A stretch of DNA of 64,000 bases from an uncultured Bacilli bacterium. GTDB taxonomy: Bacteria; Bacillota_I; Bacilli_A; RF39; UBA660. Positions 39,532 to 49,712 of the stretch are shown here, piece by piece. The position numbers were made by a program, and so were the translations under genes. The stretch covers positions 33,591 to 97,590 of the forward strand of contig CAJOJR010000001.1 of assembly GCA_905235065.1 (NCBI GenBank), read 5' to 3'. How positions within the stretch are numbered: the first letter of the stretch is position 1; the number at the start of each line of letters is the position of its first letter. The notes under the pieces were generated by a model, which had not been told where the DNA came from, searched no databases, and worked only from the letters and a program-made list of their open reading frames with translations.

Positions 39532-41004
39532 TTAATCTTCTTCTTTTTCTTCCAATACTTCTTTTATTTTTGCTTTTGCTTCTTCAACTGTTTTTTGATC
39601 TGGAAACATTACAGATAATGATGAATTTGGATACGAATATGTTGGTTCATTACTGCCTGTTCCATTTAGATTAGATGTAATAAATTCCCATCCTCTCATA
39701 TCACTTAATTGAAATTGAACCACAGATGTTATATTATCAGTTGATAAATTTGATTCAAATGTTCCTTCTAAAGCTTTTAAAATTCTATCATAATTTTGAA
39801 TTAAATTTTTAGAAGAAGTTAACTTATCAACAACCAATTGTATTACTTGTTGTTGATTTTCTCCTCTATGTCTATCCCCTGTTTTATACGCATGTCTTTC
39901 TCTAGCAAATGCTAAAGCACATTTACCGTCAACCTTGTTAGCTCCAGGTCTAAATACACAACTTTTATCTGTCCAACATTTAAAACTATAATCAACGTCA
40001 CTATTAATTGTTATACCGCCTATCGCATCAACTAATTTAACTACCGAATTAAAATTTACTCTTGCATAGTAATCTGCTTTATAACCTAATATATCTTCAA
40101 CTGTGGCTTTTGAAAGTTCAAGACCTCCTAATACACCAGCATGTGTAAGTTTATCTCTAAGTCCACTTTTACCATGTAAATGAACATAATAATCTCTAGG
40201 AATATTTACTAACAATATTTTTCTAGTATCAGGATTAACTACAATAAACATATTAACATCACTAAGACTTCTAGAAGGCATTGAATCAGTTCTAGTATCA
40301 ATACCACTTAAATACACTATAAATGGTTGTTTCATTATGTTTGATTCACTAGTAACATTTTCAAGTATTTTTTCAAATTCAATTTCATCTATCTTTTTTA
40401 AGTTGTCTTTATATTTTTCATCATTTTCAATCAATGCATCATAACTTCCAGCATTTATTAATATTATTTTTTCATTATCTTCAAGTAACCCATCAAATAA
40501 GTTATGATAGTCTTCAACTTCTTCCAGAGTTACTTTTAATCTTTTAGTAACTATTTCTTTTAATTTATCAATTTCAGTTATGTCTTCATAATAATATACA
40601 GTTTTATTTTTTATATCTGATTTATTATTATAAACAGAGTTTTTATTGACTACAACATAATAAATATCTTTTGTAGATTTAACATGAATACCATTATTTA
40701 GAAAATCATATGTTTGATATAATTCATAAGTCACATATGACTCCCCAGCAATAAATATAATCGCTAGTATATTTATTATTAAAAGAATACTTTTTTTGAT
40801 TCTTTTATTGATACAAATAATAAAATATATAAACCACAATAATCCTAAAGTTATACTTATTGCATAGAAATATTTACTAGGAAGTACATTTAATTTATAT
40901 ATCATATATAAAAACGCAACTAAAACTAGTAATGCTATAAAACATAGCATTTTACTAAATACTCTTACTTTCTTTTTACTTTTTTCTTTACTCATTTTGG
41001 TCAC
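39532..41004 (-). CDS. LytR-CpsA-Psr (LCP) family glycopolymer-to-peptidoglycan transferase.
   Basis: It has an N-terminal TM, an accessory domain and the LCP core ...IVVNPDTRKILLVNIPRDYYV...LTHAGVLGG.... Length is 490 aa. Confidence 0.75.
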   Translation of the reverse strand: MTKMSKEKSKKKVRVFSKMLCFIALLVLVAFLYMIYKLNVLPSKYFYAISITLGLLWFIYFIICINKRIKKSILLIINILAIIFIAGESYVTYELYQTYDFLNNGIHVKSTKDIYYVVVNKNSVYNNKSDIKNKTVYYYEDITEIDKLKEIVTKRLKVTLEEVEDYHNLFDGLLEDNEKIILINAGSYDALIENDEKYKDNLKKIDEIEFEKILENVTSESNIMKQPFIVYLSGIDTRTDSMPSRSLSDVNMFIVVNPDTRKILLVNIPRDYYVHLHGKSGLRDKLTHAGVLGGLELSKATVEDILGYKADYYARVNFNSVVKLVDAIGGITINSDVDYSFKCWTDKSCVFRPGANKVDGKCALAFARERHAYKTGDRHRGENQQQVIQLVVDKLTSSKNLIQNYDRILKALEGTFESNLSTDNITSVVQFQLSDMRGWEFITSNLNGTGSNEPTYSYPNSSLSVMFPDQKTVEEAKAKIKEVLEEKEED

Positions 41005-41006
41005 CT

Positions 41007-42014
41007 CTATTCAATAGTTACATTCTTTTTTGTAATGTGAACTTCAATATAAGTTCTACCATCACTTACACTAATTTCACTTCCATCTAAGTATGTATAT
41101 TTTGTTTTACTCTTTCTAGATTCTTTACTCCATTTAATTGGAACAGCATATCCATTTGTTATGTAGTATCCATCTCCGGAACCAACCGTTTTTAAATCCC
41201 AATATTTTCCGTCAGGCATTACACTATAATTAATTTTTTGTACAATTACGTTTTTAGTTGTAAATTCTTCTCCACTTGCATGATCTTTAGTTACTTTATT
41301 ATTTACAATTCTAGTATACATTTTACTTTCTTCATTATAGTCAAATACTGTTGTAATATTACCATATGGTAAAGTTATCTTTTTAGCTTCTTTTGCATTT
41401 TCCATATTACTTAAATCAGTATCTTTTGCATTATAATTTAAAAGTATTGTTTTATCACTCTCAAGATTATAACTCTTTTTATTCTTAACATAATCATATA
41501 CTTTATTAGTGTTTAAATATACAGTATGTTCAGTAGCAAGATGCTCTTTATTATCTCTCCACATAGATCCTTCACTTACTATACCTTGGACATAATCAAT
41601 AATATTCTTTTTCATTTCATCTTTTGCATAATGACTCCATCCATAAGATACAAATATTGCATCACTTTCATATGAAAAATCTATAAAATTATGTCTTGCA
41701 CTTCTAATTGTTCCTACATTTATATCTTTTACATCTTTATATAATGCAAGTAATCTTGAAGTAAAACCTTCAGTAGGAATCTCATATATTAAATAAGCTT
41801 TATTAAGACCTTCCTGCACTTTTACTGCAACCGGTGTGTTATTAACCGAGATTGCAAGCGGTCTTGTTTTAGAATTAACATCAATTATATCAACAACATC
41901 TTTTGGTTCTTCTTTCTTAGGAGTTAATTTTTCTTCTGATTTACCACATCCAGTCAATATAATTATAAATACAATTGATAATAAAAATATTTTAACTATT
42001 ATGCTCTTTTTCAT
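41007..42014 (-). CDS. DUF3048 (YerB-like) lipoprotein.
   Basis: It has the lipobox LTGC and is 335 aa, with the two-lobed DUF3048 pattern often found beside LCP genes. Confidence 0.5.
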   Translation of the reverse strand: MKKSIIVKIFLLSIVFIIILTGCGKSEEKLTPKKEEPKDVVDIIDVNSKTRPLAISVNNTPVAVKVQEGLNKAYLIYEIPTEGFTSRLLALYKDVKDINVGTIRSARHNFIDFSYESDAIFVSYGWSHYAKDEMKKNIIDYVQGIVSEGSMWRDNKEHLATEHTVYLNTNKVYDYVKNKKSYNLESDKTILLNYNAKDTDLSNMENAKEAKKITLPYGNITTVFDYNEESKMYTRIVNNKVTKDHASGEEFTTKNVIVQKINYSVMPDGKYWDLKTVGSGDGYYITNGYAVPIKWSKESRKSKTKYTYLDGSEISVSDGRTYIEVHITKKNVTIE

Positions 42015-42549
42015 TTTTTATACCTCTTTTATAACCTAATTTATAAATAAAATAATATGTTCCATAAAATATTATACCACATATACCACCTATACTATCT
42101 ATTAAAACATCCTTTAACTGTCCAGTTCTGCCAACCACAAATATTTGATGATATTCATCTAAACTAGCAAGTGCAATTATCAATAATACTGTTATTATAA
42201 ATGATAACACAAATCTTTTATTTTTAAATATTATATTCGCCATTAAAATAATCAAAAATGATAATACGAAGTATACAAAAGCATGCATAACTTTTCTAAG
42301 GGGTGTATTTAATAAAGCACTCGCTTTTTCTAATTTAACTTCATTAGGATGACTATTAGTTATTCCATATTTATTTGTTATATCTAAGGCATCTTCTATA
42401 AAAACAGTAATAATGTTAGAACTTTTTCCATTGGAGTTTTTATTATTCATTGAACTTAATTTGTATATTCCAAATATCCATAAAATTATTATTAATGATA
42501 AAACTACTATTAAAATTATTCTTTTTTTCATATTTCCTCTATAGTTCAA
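41992..42549 (-). CDS. VanZ family membrane protein.
   Basis: It is polytopic, with the VanZ signature ...SLDEYHQIFVVGRTG.... Confidence 0.65.
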   Translation of the reverse strand: MNYRGNMKKRIILIVVLSLIIILWIFGIYKLSSMNNKNSNGKSSNIITVFIEDALDITNKYGITNSHPNEVKLEKASALLNTPLRKVMHAFVYFVLSFLIILMANIIFKNKRFVLSFIITVLLIIALASLDEYHQIFVVGRTGQLKDVLIDSIGGICGIIFYGTYYFIYKLGYKRGIKNEKEHNS

Positions 42550-42771
42550 TCTCTAAAGTTTTCTTTATAACATCATTCCATATTTTAGAAAATGTATTAA
42601 ATGGCATATTATATATTTATGAACATTTATTCCTTCAATATTTTCAGTATATACATTACCTCCAACACGATCTCTTTTATCAATCACTAATACTTTTTTA
42701 TCCATATTTTTAAGTCTGTTTGCAACTGTTGAACCAAATAAGCCAGATCCTACTATTAAATAATCATACAT
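42550..42771 (-). pseudogene. glf: Remnant of the UDP-galactopyranose mutase (glf) gene: the N-terminal FAD-binding part only, with a frameshift and premature stop.
   Basis: MYDYLIVGSGLFGSTVANRLKNMDKKVLVIDKRDRVGGNVYTENIEGINVHKY matches the Glf N-terminus. The next Glf block (FNTFSKIWNDVIKK, like FHTNNKEVWDYV) continues in a different frame and then stops. A full Glf is about 370 aa. Confidence 0.7.
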
Positions 42772-42783
42772 ATTTTAAACCTC

Positions 42784-44307
42784 CTATAATTTTTTAAATA
42801 TTTTCTTTCTTATTATATCTTTATAAAATATATAATTCTTATCTTTCCTATATACTATAATGAATATAGCAATTGATAGAGTTATTACACTCATAAACTT
42901 CAATATTAACCACAACCAATTATTACACGGAATAAAGTTATTAATAAAAATAATAACTGACGCTATTAAAATGCCGATAATTGTATACTTAAAATACATA
43001 GCAAAGTAATCTTTTAAATTTATAGTTAGTGATTTCTTTGTAATAACATAAGGTTCCCACCAAAAATTAGTTAGCAAGCATGAAATAATAGTCCCTAAAA
43101 CTACTCCTGCTATTCCTAAATATTTAGCCAAAAGTATTGATGTAAATATATTAATAACAGCTTCTATAACTGGAGAATATTTATCTTTATCATAGTTTCC
43201 TGTTGCTTCTCTAAAAGACATACAAGTTCTTCTCATACCAAATAAATAATAGTTAATAGCAATCGTATAAACAGAGATTGTATTTAACAAATATTTTTTT
43301 CCAAGCCATAAACTAATAAAAGGGTTAAATAAGCATATTAAACAAATAGAACTTATTATATGAATCATATAATCAGCAAAGAATGTTTTTTTAAAAATAT
43401 CTGTCATTTTATTTTTGTTTCCATCTACTTGCAAATTTCCTATACTAGCAATAACGGAACTAAATATTTGTGTAACAATATTTTTTAATGCGGTCAAAAT
43501 TAATATATAATTAGAGTATAATCCAACTTGAATTAATCCTAGCACTTTTGAAATAACGATGTTATCAGTTGAATTTAATACTACTCCCCCAAACTTATGA
43601 TAAAACATGGCTTTTACATTAAGGATGATTTCTTTATAATCTTTTTTATTGATTTTCTCCACATTCTTATCCTTTAAAAATGGATACATCTTATCTGCTT
43701 TCCTATTTAATAATATGTTTTCTGCGAGAGTCATCATTATTTGAACTGCTAAAAATAATATATAATTTTTAGTTAATAACAATATTACTATTTGAACAAC
43801 ATTAAGCATAAAAAAGAATGAGTATCTATAAACTGTAGCAATATATCTTTGTTGATCACCTATAATCAATAATCTTTTATGAGAGAATAAGTATGATGCT
43901 GAAGTATTTAATACAAACAATAAATATATTAAGTCTAAATTTGGAATGTTTGGTACTTCATTCATTAATAATTTGTAAAAGGGTAATGCTATTAAACCCA
44001 GTATTGTAATTATTATAGCTATAGATATATATACTTTTTTGTAAAACTGGATTAAGCTTTTTATTTTTTCATTATCATTTTCTGAAATTGGCTTATATAA
44101 TTGATAAGACATTGCCGTAACAAAACCAAGTTCAGTTAAACTTAATATTGTTAATATATTAGTAAATAAGCCACTTAAACCTAAGTATTCAGAAGATAAT
44201 GTTTTAACAAAAACAAGTCTAGAAACTAAGCTAATTAGTATTCCTAAACCTTGTCCAGCCATAGCAAATATTAAATTTCTTATTGAATTATCTGTTCTTG
44301 ATTTCAT
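42784..44307 (-). CDS. Wzx-type polysaccharide flippase (MOP superfamily oligosaccharide flippase).
   Basis: It is 507 aa with about 12-14 TM. The N-terminus ...RNLIFAMAGQGLGILISLVSRLVFVKTLSSEYLGLSGLFTNILTILSLTELG is typical of Wzx/PST proteins. Confidence 0.7.
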   Translation of the reverse strand: MKSRTDNSIRNLIFAMAGQGLGILISLVSRLVFVKTLSSEYLGLSGLFTNILTILSLTELGFVTAMSYQLYKPISENDNEKIKSLIQFYKKVYISIAIIITILGLIALPFYKLLMNEVPNIPNLDLIYLLFVLNTSASYLFSHKRLLIIGDQQRYIATVYRYSFFFMLNVVQIVILLLTKNYILFLAVQIMMTLAENILLNRKADKMYPFLKDKNVEKINKKDYKEIILNVKAMFYHKFGGVVLNSTDNIVISKVLGLIQVGLYSNYILILTALKNIVTQIFSSVIASIGNLQVDGNKNKMTDIFKKTFFADYMIHIISSICLICLFNPFISLWLGKKYLLNTISVYTIAINYYLFGMRRTCMSFREATGNYDKDKYSPVIEAVINIFTSILLAKYLGIAGVVLGTIISCLLTNFWWEPYVITKKSLTINLKDYFAMYFKYTIIGILIASVIIFINNFIPCNNWLWLILKFMSVITLSIAIFIIVYRKDKNYIFYKDIIRKKIFKKL

Positions 44308-45676
44308 TTTTGGTTACCTCAAATTTTTTTATTCTAGTGAATAAGCTTTTTATTTCTTTTGTGTCATGTTCTAAAAAATATAGTAAACAATAAAGCACAA
44401 CAAATTTAAATATAGTATTTATATGAACAAATGTGCTAAATAAATATTCATCTCTAACTTGGTCTATTACCATATATAAATACATCACATAAAATATTAT
44501 TGATAAATTTGTCTTCTTTTTGTTCATAATAATATATAGCAAAGAAAATATAAAACCATTTATAAACTGCAATATCACTACGCCAAGATATCCAAAATCA
44601 TGATAATACCTTTTGGATGAGGTATATATATTACTTTGCATTTTTACATTATTTTTAGTGTAGAAAGATGTCCACTTAGTAGTAATTGGTTGAATATAAT
44701 TAGATAAATGAAGTTTATAAGCAACATTCTGAATCCCTCTAAATGTTTCTTCACCAAAAAGCTTTGGCTTTTCCTCTAGAGAATCTAAGTATTTTTGCAA
44801 AGACGGTATTGGTGCTCCAAAATAAAATGTTGTATATTCTATTATATTAGCTTTTGTATTTCTTCCAAGCAATGGCAAAACCAAATAAAACATAGCAGCC
44901 CCGGATACTAAAAATATAATTAAATATTTCCAATATATTTTTAAAATATTTTTGTATGTGTTTTTCTTATGCGCATGTAAAACACACAAAATTGAAAAGA
45001 ATAAAACATATACTATAACCTGCATCCTACTACCTATTAATAAACTCATTAATATACATATTAATATATTAGAAAAATAAACAATACTATTTTTAGTTTT
45101 AAACAATTCTTTCTTATACATGGAACAGCTTAGTAAGTATATATTCACATAACAAATAACCTCGGACACTTTTTGTAATTGAGCTACAATAAAATTAATA
45201 TGAATACCAGATTTAATATACTCAGTTGAAAACAAAATAGAAGTAGATCTATAAGTTTTAATCATGTTAAAAATACCACCATTATAGCCAACTATTGATG
45301 CTATTCTATGTACCTCAAAAAGTACCAAAATGAAAACCAAAAAGACAAATACTAATTGTATTAAAGATTTCCATAATGGTATATTCTTAATTTCATTTTT
45401 AAAACTTTTTATTTTATAATTTTTATCAAGATATTTTCTACAAACAAATTCACCCATATTAAAAAATAATATAGACACAACAACAATTATGGTAGCTTTT
45501 AACGTTAAAACTTTTACATCATTCCAAAAAAGTAATCCTAAAAAAGCACAAATTAAAGATAATAATATAGAAATATTATATAAAAAAGATGGGGATAAGT
45601 AGTCGTCGTTATATAATTTCAGGTTCAAATAAATCATACCTACTATAAAACATATTAATAATATATATGTATACAT
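44288..45676 (-). CDS. Polytopic membrane protein, putative Wzy-like polysaccharide polymerase.
   Basis: It is 462 aa with about 11 TM plus a large loop. It sits between the flippase gene and the modification genes. No sequence motif was assignable by eye. Confidence 0.35.
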   Translation of the reverse strand: MYTYILLICFIVGMIYLNLKLYNDDYLSPSFLYNISILLSLICAFLGLLFWNDVKVLTLKATIIVVVSILFFNMGEFVCRKYLDKNYKIKSFKNEIKNIPLWKSLIQLVFVFLVFILVLFEVHRIASIVGYNGGIFNMIKTYRSTSILFSTEYIKSGIHINFIVAQLQKVSEVICYVNIYLLSCSMYKKELFKTKNSIVYFSNILICILMSLLIGSRMQVIVYVLFFSILCVLHAHKKNTYKNILKIYWKYLIIFLVSGAAMFYLVLPLLGRNTKANIIEYTTFYFGAPIPSLQKYLDSLEEKPKLFGEETFRGIQNVAYKLHLSNYIQPITTKWTSFYTKNNVKMQSNIYTSSKRYYHDFGYLGVVILQFINGFIFSLLYIIMNKKKTNLSIIFYVMYLYMVIDQVRDEYLFSTFVHINTIFKFVVLYCLLYFLEHDTKEIKSLFTRIKKFEVTKNEIKNR

Positions 45677-45680
45677 TTTA

Positions 45681-47573
45681 TCACTTCCCTATTTTATGAG
45701 AATATGCTTTCTTGTAAATGGAAAAATAAGGCAGTTTTATTTTTAATAATCTTTTCATAAAACCTATCTTCCATCCGGATTCACCAAAATCTTTTTTTAA
45801 CGATTTTAAATGAAAAATATAATATAGAATGCTTTTGGGTGATGCCATTTTTCTATTAAACATATTATCATTAATTATATTACCAAATATAGTGACAAAT
45901 TTGCAAGATGGATTAATAAAACAATTTGTAAATATATTTATGTATTCATAACTATTATCACGGCTAATATAATCAATGTATTTTGAAATATCTCTAATAA
46001 AATCAACTGCGGATCTCTGAATTAATTCTATTGTTGAATCATTTGCGTTAGGTTTCCCTAATACATAATATGGATCCTTATCATTATATTTGATAGTTGT
46101 TCCGTGATGCGAAGAAAACATTTTTTCAAACAAGTCTCTAAATGAGTAGACTCTAAATTGAATGTCATCAATATAATCTTTATTTTTATAGAATAAATAT
46201 CCAATAGAAGTATTATTATTAATTTCTTTATATTTAGAAGAACTATCTATTCCAAAATATAACCCTCCAACTAATTTTTGGGGATATAAGTCATATAGAA
46301 TTGATTGAGTAGTTCCCTTCCAACCCATATCAATCAAATAAAAACTTTTAACATTCAAAGAATCAAAATAATTATTTAAATTGTTATATTCTTTTTTTCC
46401 TAAAAAAGAGATTTTTTCTTTTAAACAATTTTCATATAATTCTATAAATTCTTTGTTTTCTACATAAAAATCTTTATTATACTTTTTTTCAATATCAAAT
46501 GACCTGATATTCTTGATATGTTTTATCACTTCTTCATCTAGTAAATTCAAATTATCAACTAATTCACAAATATTAAGTCTATTATTTGTTATTGAATCTT
46601 TAAAACAAGCATAAGTGTTGTTTTTATATAAATATGGTAATCTTAAACTTCTTCTAGAAACGTAAAAATATTCTGACACATCAATAGTTTTTGGAAATAA
46701 AATATTGTGTATTTCATGTAACATTTTCATATCTCTAGCACAAAATAATAATTTTGAATTTCTATCATGCAATTGACTGTTGATCCAAAGGGAAAAATAT
46801 AAGCAAACGGGACCTAATACTTCATATCCAAATCTATAATAGTAATTACTATTATTTTTATTATTACAAATAGAATATATTAGATTATTATTTAAACTAT
46901 TTAAATCAATATTATTTTTGTTTAAAAACTTGTTCTTATTCGTTGGTTTAATAAGTAAAGTTTTTATTCCAATCAATTTCGGATACAAAAAATCTCCTTT
47001 TTCAGCATCTCCAATATGAAAAACATCCTTTGGATTAAATTTATTTAAAGAAACAAGTTTTTTAAACAATTTACCAGTACTTTTTTTGACTCTATACTCA
47101 CTAGAAACATATATTTCATCGATAAAATATCCACAATTAGATAATAATCTTTTTAATGTTTTAGCATCATAATACATATCAGAAACACAAATAATTCTTT
47201 TTTTGTTTTCAATAGCAAAATCATATATGCATTTCATTTCTTCATTAGCAACACAAAAAATTTCTTCCGCTTGGAGTTCTAATTTTTTTAATAAAACTTT
47301 ATCATACTTGTTATCAAAGCATTCATATATTTCATCAAAAGTAGCTTCTTCTACTTTGTACTTCGCTTTAGCAAGTCTAGAAGCTTCTATTCTCTTTGTT
47401 GTAAAATCAATAATTTTATTTTTAGATATTTCATTATATTTTTTTTCTACATAGGAAAAAATATCTGTAGAAGTTAAACAATTTCTACAAATTAATGTAT
47501 CAAAAATATCAAAAGATATAACATCTCTTTTTAAAATATTTTTTTTGATTCTATTAGAAATACTTTTAATCAT
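45681..47573 (-). CDS. Large (630 aa) protein with an N-terminal HAD-superfamily phosphatase domain and an uncharacterised C-terminal domain of about 400 aa.
   Basis: HAD motif I (FDIFDTLI), motif II (ICVSD), motif III Lys and motif IV (HIGDAEKGD) are present in the first roughly 210 aa. The remainder has no recognisable motif. Confidence 0.5.
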   Translation of the reverse strand: MIKSISNRIKKNILKRDVISFDIFDTLICRNCLTSTDIFSYVEKKYNEISKNKIIDFTTKRIEASRLAKAKYKVEEATFDEIYECFDNKYDKVLLKKLELQAEEIFCVANEEMKCIYDFAIENKKRIICVSDMYYDAKTLKRLLSNCGYFIDEIYVSSEYRVKKSTGKLFKKLVSLNKFNPKDVFHIGDAEKGDFLYPKLIGIKTLLIKPTNKNKFLNKNNIDLNSLNNNLIYSICNNKNNSNYYYRFGYEVLGPVCLYFSLWINSQLHDRNSKLLFCARDMKMLHEIHNILFPKTIDVSEYFYVSRRSLRLPYLYKNNTYACFKDSITNNRLNICELVDNLNLLDEEVIKHIKNIRSFDIEKKYNKDFYVENKEFIELYENCLKEKISFLGKKEYNNLNNYFDSLNVKSFYLIDMGWKGTTQSILYDLYPQKLVGGLYFGIDSSSKYKEINNNTSIGYLFYKNKDYIDDIQFRVYSFRDLFEKMFSSHHGTTIKYNDKDPYYVLGKPNANDSTIELIQRSAVDFIRDISKYIDYISRDNSYEYINIFTNCFINPSCKFVTIFGNIINDNMFNRKMASPKSILYYIFHLKSLKKDFGESGWKIGFMKRLLKIKLPYFSIYKKAYSHKIGK

Positions 47574-47603
47574 CTTACTCCCTCCTAGTGAACATTACAT
47601 TTT

Positions 47604-48401
47604 CTATTTTGAATAATGTTCATTAGTGTTTTTAGGTGTCATATACTCTCCATACATATGAGTTAAATATTCATCATACATTTCAGGACCGGTCAACTTA
47701 ATGTTTTCAAATTTATATTCTGTTGGAGTTCCAAAATATTCTTTTGGTACTATCTCTCTTGTTCTATAGGCCCCCATTATTGTTCCTATATATTTACTTT
47801 TTTCAATCTTTTGTCTCTTTAGCAAATCATCAATGTGTTTAAGTCTTTTTTGAGGATTAATAATTTTTTTGGTAGGCAATATTTTTCCTAAAAATATTAA
47901 TATTTTCTCATATTTTTTTCTTTTTCTTACAGGATCTATTGTATCAATATAATACCAGCTAACAAGCATTCTATTAAATAAAATTCTAAAGTAATATATC
48001 TTTCTTAAAATTATATTATTTGGTGTACCATCAATTGGAAATATATCTATAAATAAATGTGATTTTTCCCCAAGGTGTTCATATCTTTTTTCAACAATTT
48101 CAGTGTTTAGGTCTTCTATTCTTGGCAAATAATACCTATATTTTTTATTGTTATAAAGTGTTGTTAACTTAAACTCTTTTGGAAGTTCTTTATTTGCCAC
48201 TTGTAAGAATTTTTCATAGTCATCCCTCATCATAGCTATATCAACATCATCATCCCAAGGAATAAAGCCTTTGTGTCTTATTGCTCCTAAAAAAGTTCCG
48301 CCAATTATATAATATTTTAAATTATACTTTTGACATATTTTTAAAAATTCTTTTACTAATCTCAAATCAATCTTATGTATTTCCTCTAGGGAATATTTCA
48401 T
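47604..48401 (-). CDS. LicD-family phosphotransferase (CDP-alcohol/phosphocholine-type transferase with nucleotidyltransferase fold).
   Basis: It has ...LKYYIIGGTFLGAIRHKGFIPWDDDVDIAMMRDDY... with the LicD DxD motif. Length is 265 aa. Confidence 0.75.
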   Translation of the reverse strand: MKYSLEEIHKIDLRLVKEFLKICQKYNLKYYIIGGTFLGAIRHKGFIPWDDDVDIAMMRDDYEKFLQVANKELPKEFKLTTLYNNKKYRYYLPRIEDLNTEIVEKRYEHLGEKSHLFIDIFPIDGTPNNIILRKIYYFRILFNRMLVSWYYIDTIDPVRKRKKYEKILIFLGKILPTKKIINPQKRLKHIDDLLKRQKIEKSKYIGTIMGAYRTREIVPKEYFGTPTEYKFENIKLTGPEMYDEYLTHMYGEYMTPKNTNEHYSK

Positions 48402-49015
48402 TTATACTTCACCTCTTTCCAGTTATAGTATTTCTCCAAATATTTCTTATTCTCCTTAGAATCATTAGACCATGGTCCTTTTATAATTGTATTCTTATAT
48501 AAATAGTAATCGGGGACAAATATATCTTTTGCTTTTTCAAAATAATTTAAAACTGCCACTTTAATTTCAGAATTATTAAAATATTTTTCAATTTCCAATT
48601 TGGCTGATAAAACACTATGTCCCGTATCAATTGAATCATCAACTAATAATATCTTCCTACATTTTTTATATTTTTTCCAAATATTTTCATCAAAAGAAAT
48701 ATTTCTATTAGAATTTGAAGAATGAACACTTGAATTCATTTCTTTTTTTCTTAAATATATTTTTAATTTATTAGGAATTAAATTCAAAAGTGGCCTTAAT
48801 ATTTTTTTTAATTTTCCACCACTTCTACTCGCAGTTACTTCAAGTAATGGACAAGTATTAAAATCGGAAAAATCCTTCCCTATCAAATATGATCCCTTAG
48901 CTATAAAAATAACTAAATCATATTTATATTCTTTATTTAATTTACTATATAATTTTTTATCTGTTTCTTTTAAGTCTTTTATTAATAATTCTTGATAATT
49001 CATTCCATTTACCAC
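48398..49015 (-). CDS. Phosphoribosyltransferase (type I PRTase)-like protein.
   Basis: It has the PRPP-binding motif ...KILLVDDSIDTGHSV... and is 205 aa. It is embedded in the glycopolymer operon, overlapping its neighbours. Confidence 0.55.
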   Translation of the reverse strand: MVNGMNYQELLIKDLKETDKKLYSKLNKEYKYDLVIFIAKGSYLIGKDFSDFNTCPLLEVTASRSGGKLKKILRPLLNLIPNKLKIYLRKKEMNSSVHSSNSNRNISFDENIWKKYKKCRKILLVDDSIDTGHSVLSAKLEIEKYFNNSEIKVAVLNYFEKAKDIFVPDYYLYKNTIIKGPWSNDSKENKKYLEKYYNWKEVKYK

Positions 49016-49712
49016 CTTTAATTAGTTTTAATAGTCTAACAACTCTTGTGTTAAAATGAGCAAACTTAATACTTTTTTTCATTTTAAAATTTGATTTATT
49101 AATCATCTCTTTGATATTGTTTTTAGTTACAACTTCAGAAGTAATGCAGTAGTTTCTACCAATTTCATAAAATGTATGGGCATCACTACCAACTACTTTT
49201 ATTAAGTTATATTTATTAGCTATTTGATTTTGCTTAACACTAAATTCTTTTTTTATATTTCTACCATTGTGACACTCAATTAAATCTACATTTTTGTATA
49301 TCCTGTTTAATGCTTCAGGATTAATTACTGTTTTGTATCTTTTTTCATCATATGGATGAGGAATATAAACCACTCCATTTTGACTTTTTATTTGACTCAC
49401 CGTTTCTTCTGCTGATAAATTTGGAAATATTTTATTTTTTAAAAATAGTCCAATTATTTCACCATCTTTTGTAAAAATTTCCTCTCCAACTATTATGTTT
49501 ATGTTATGTTTTTCAAAAAAGTTTTTAAACTTTAGTGCACCTTCGATTTCATTGTGATCTGTAATAGCTATGCAATTAATCTTTTTAAATTTACACATTA
49601 AAAAAAGGAGATATTTTCCAAGAAAACTATCTGCTGAAAACTTGGTATGAACATGAAATTCAATTTTGTACTTTTTCTTAATATCTCTCTTCATAATGCT
49701 ACTTTGCTCCAT
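48957..49712 (-). CDS. PHP-domain metal-dependent phosphoesterase (TrpH/YciV-like).
   Basis: It has the PHP signatures ...EFHVHTKFSADS..., ...AITDHNE..., ...IPHPYD... and ...GSDAHT.... Confidence 0.6.
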   Translation of the reverse strand: MEQSSIMKRDIKKKYKIEFHVHTKFSADSFLGKYLLFLMCKFKKINCIAITDHNEIEGALKFKNFFEKHNINIIVGEEIFTKDGEIIGLFLKNKIFPNLSAEETVSQIKSQNGVVYIPHPYDEKRYKTVINPEALNRIYKNVDLIECHNGRNIKKEFSVKQNQIANKYNLIKVVGSDAHTFYEIGRNYCITSEVVTKNNIKEMINKSNFKMKKSIKFAHFNTRVVRLLKLIKGGKWNELSRIINKRLKRNR

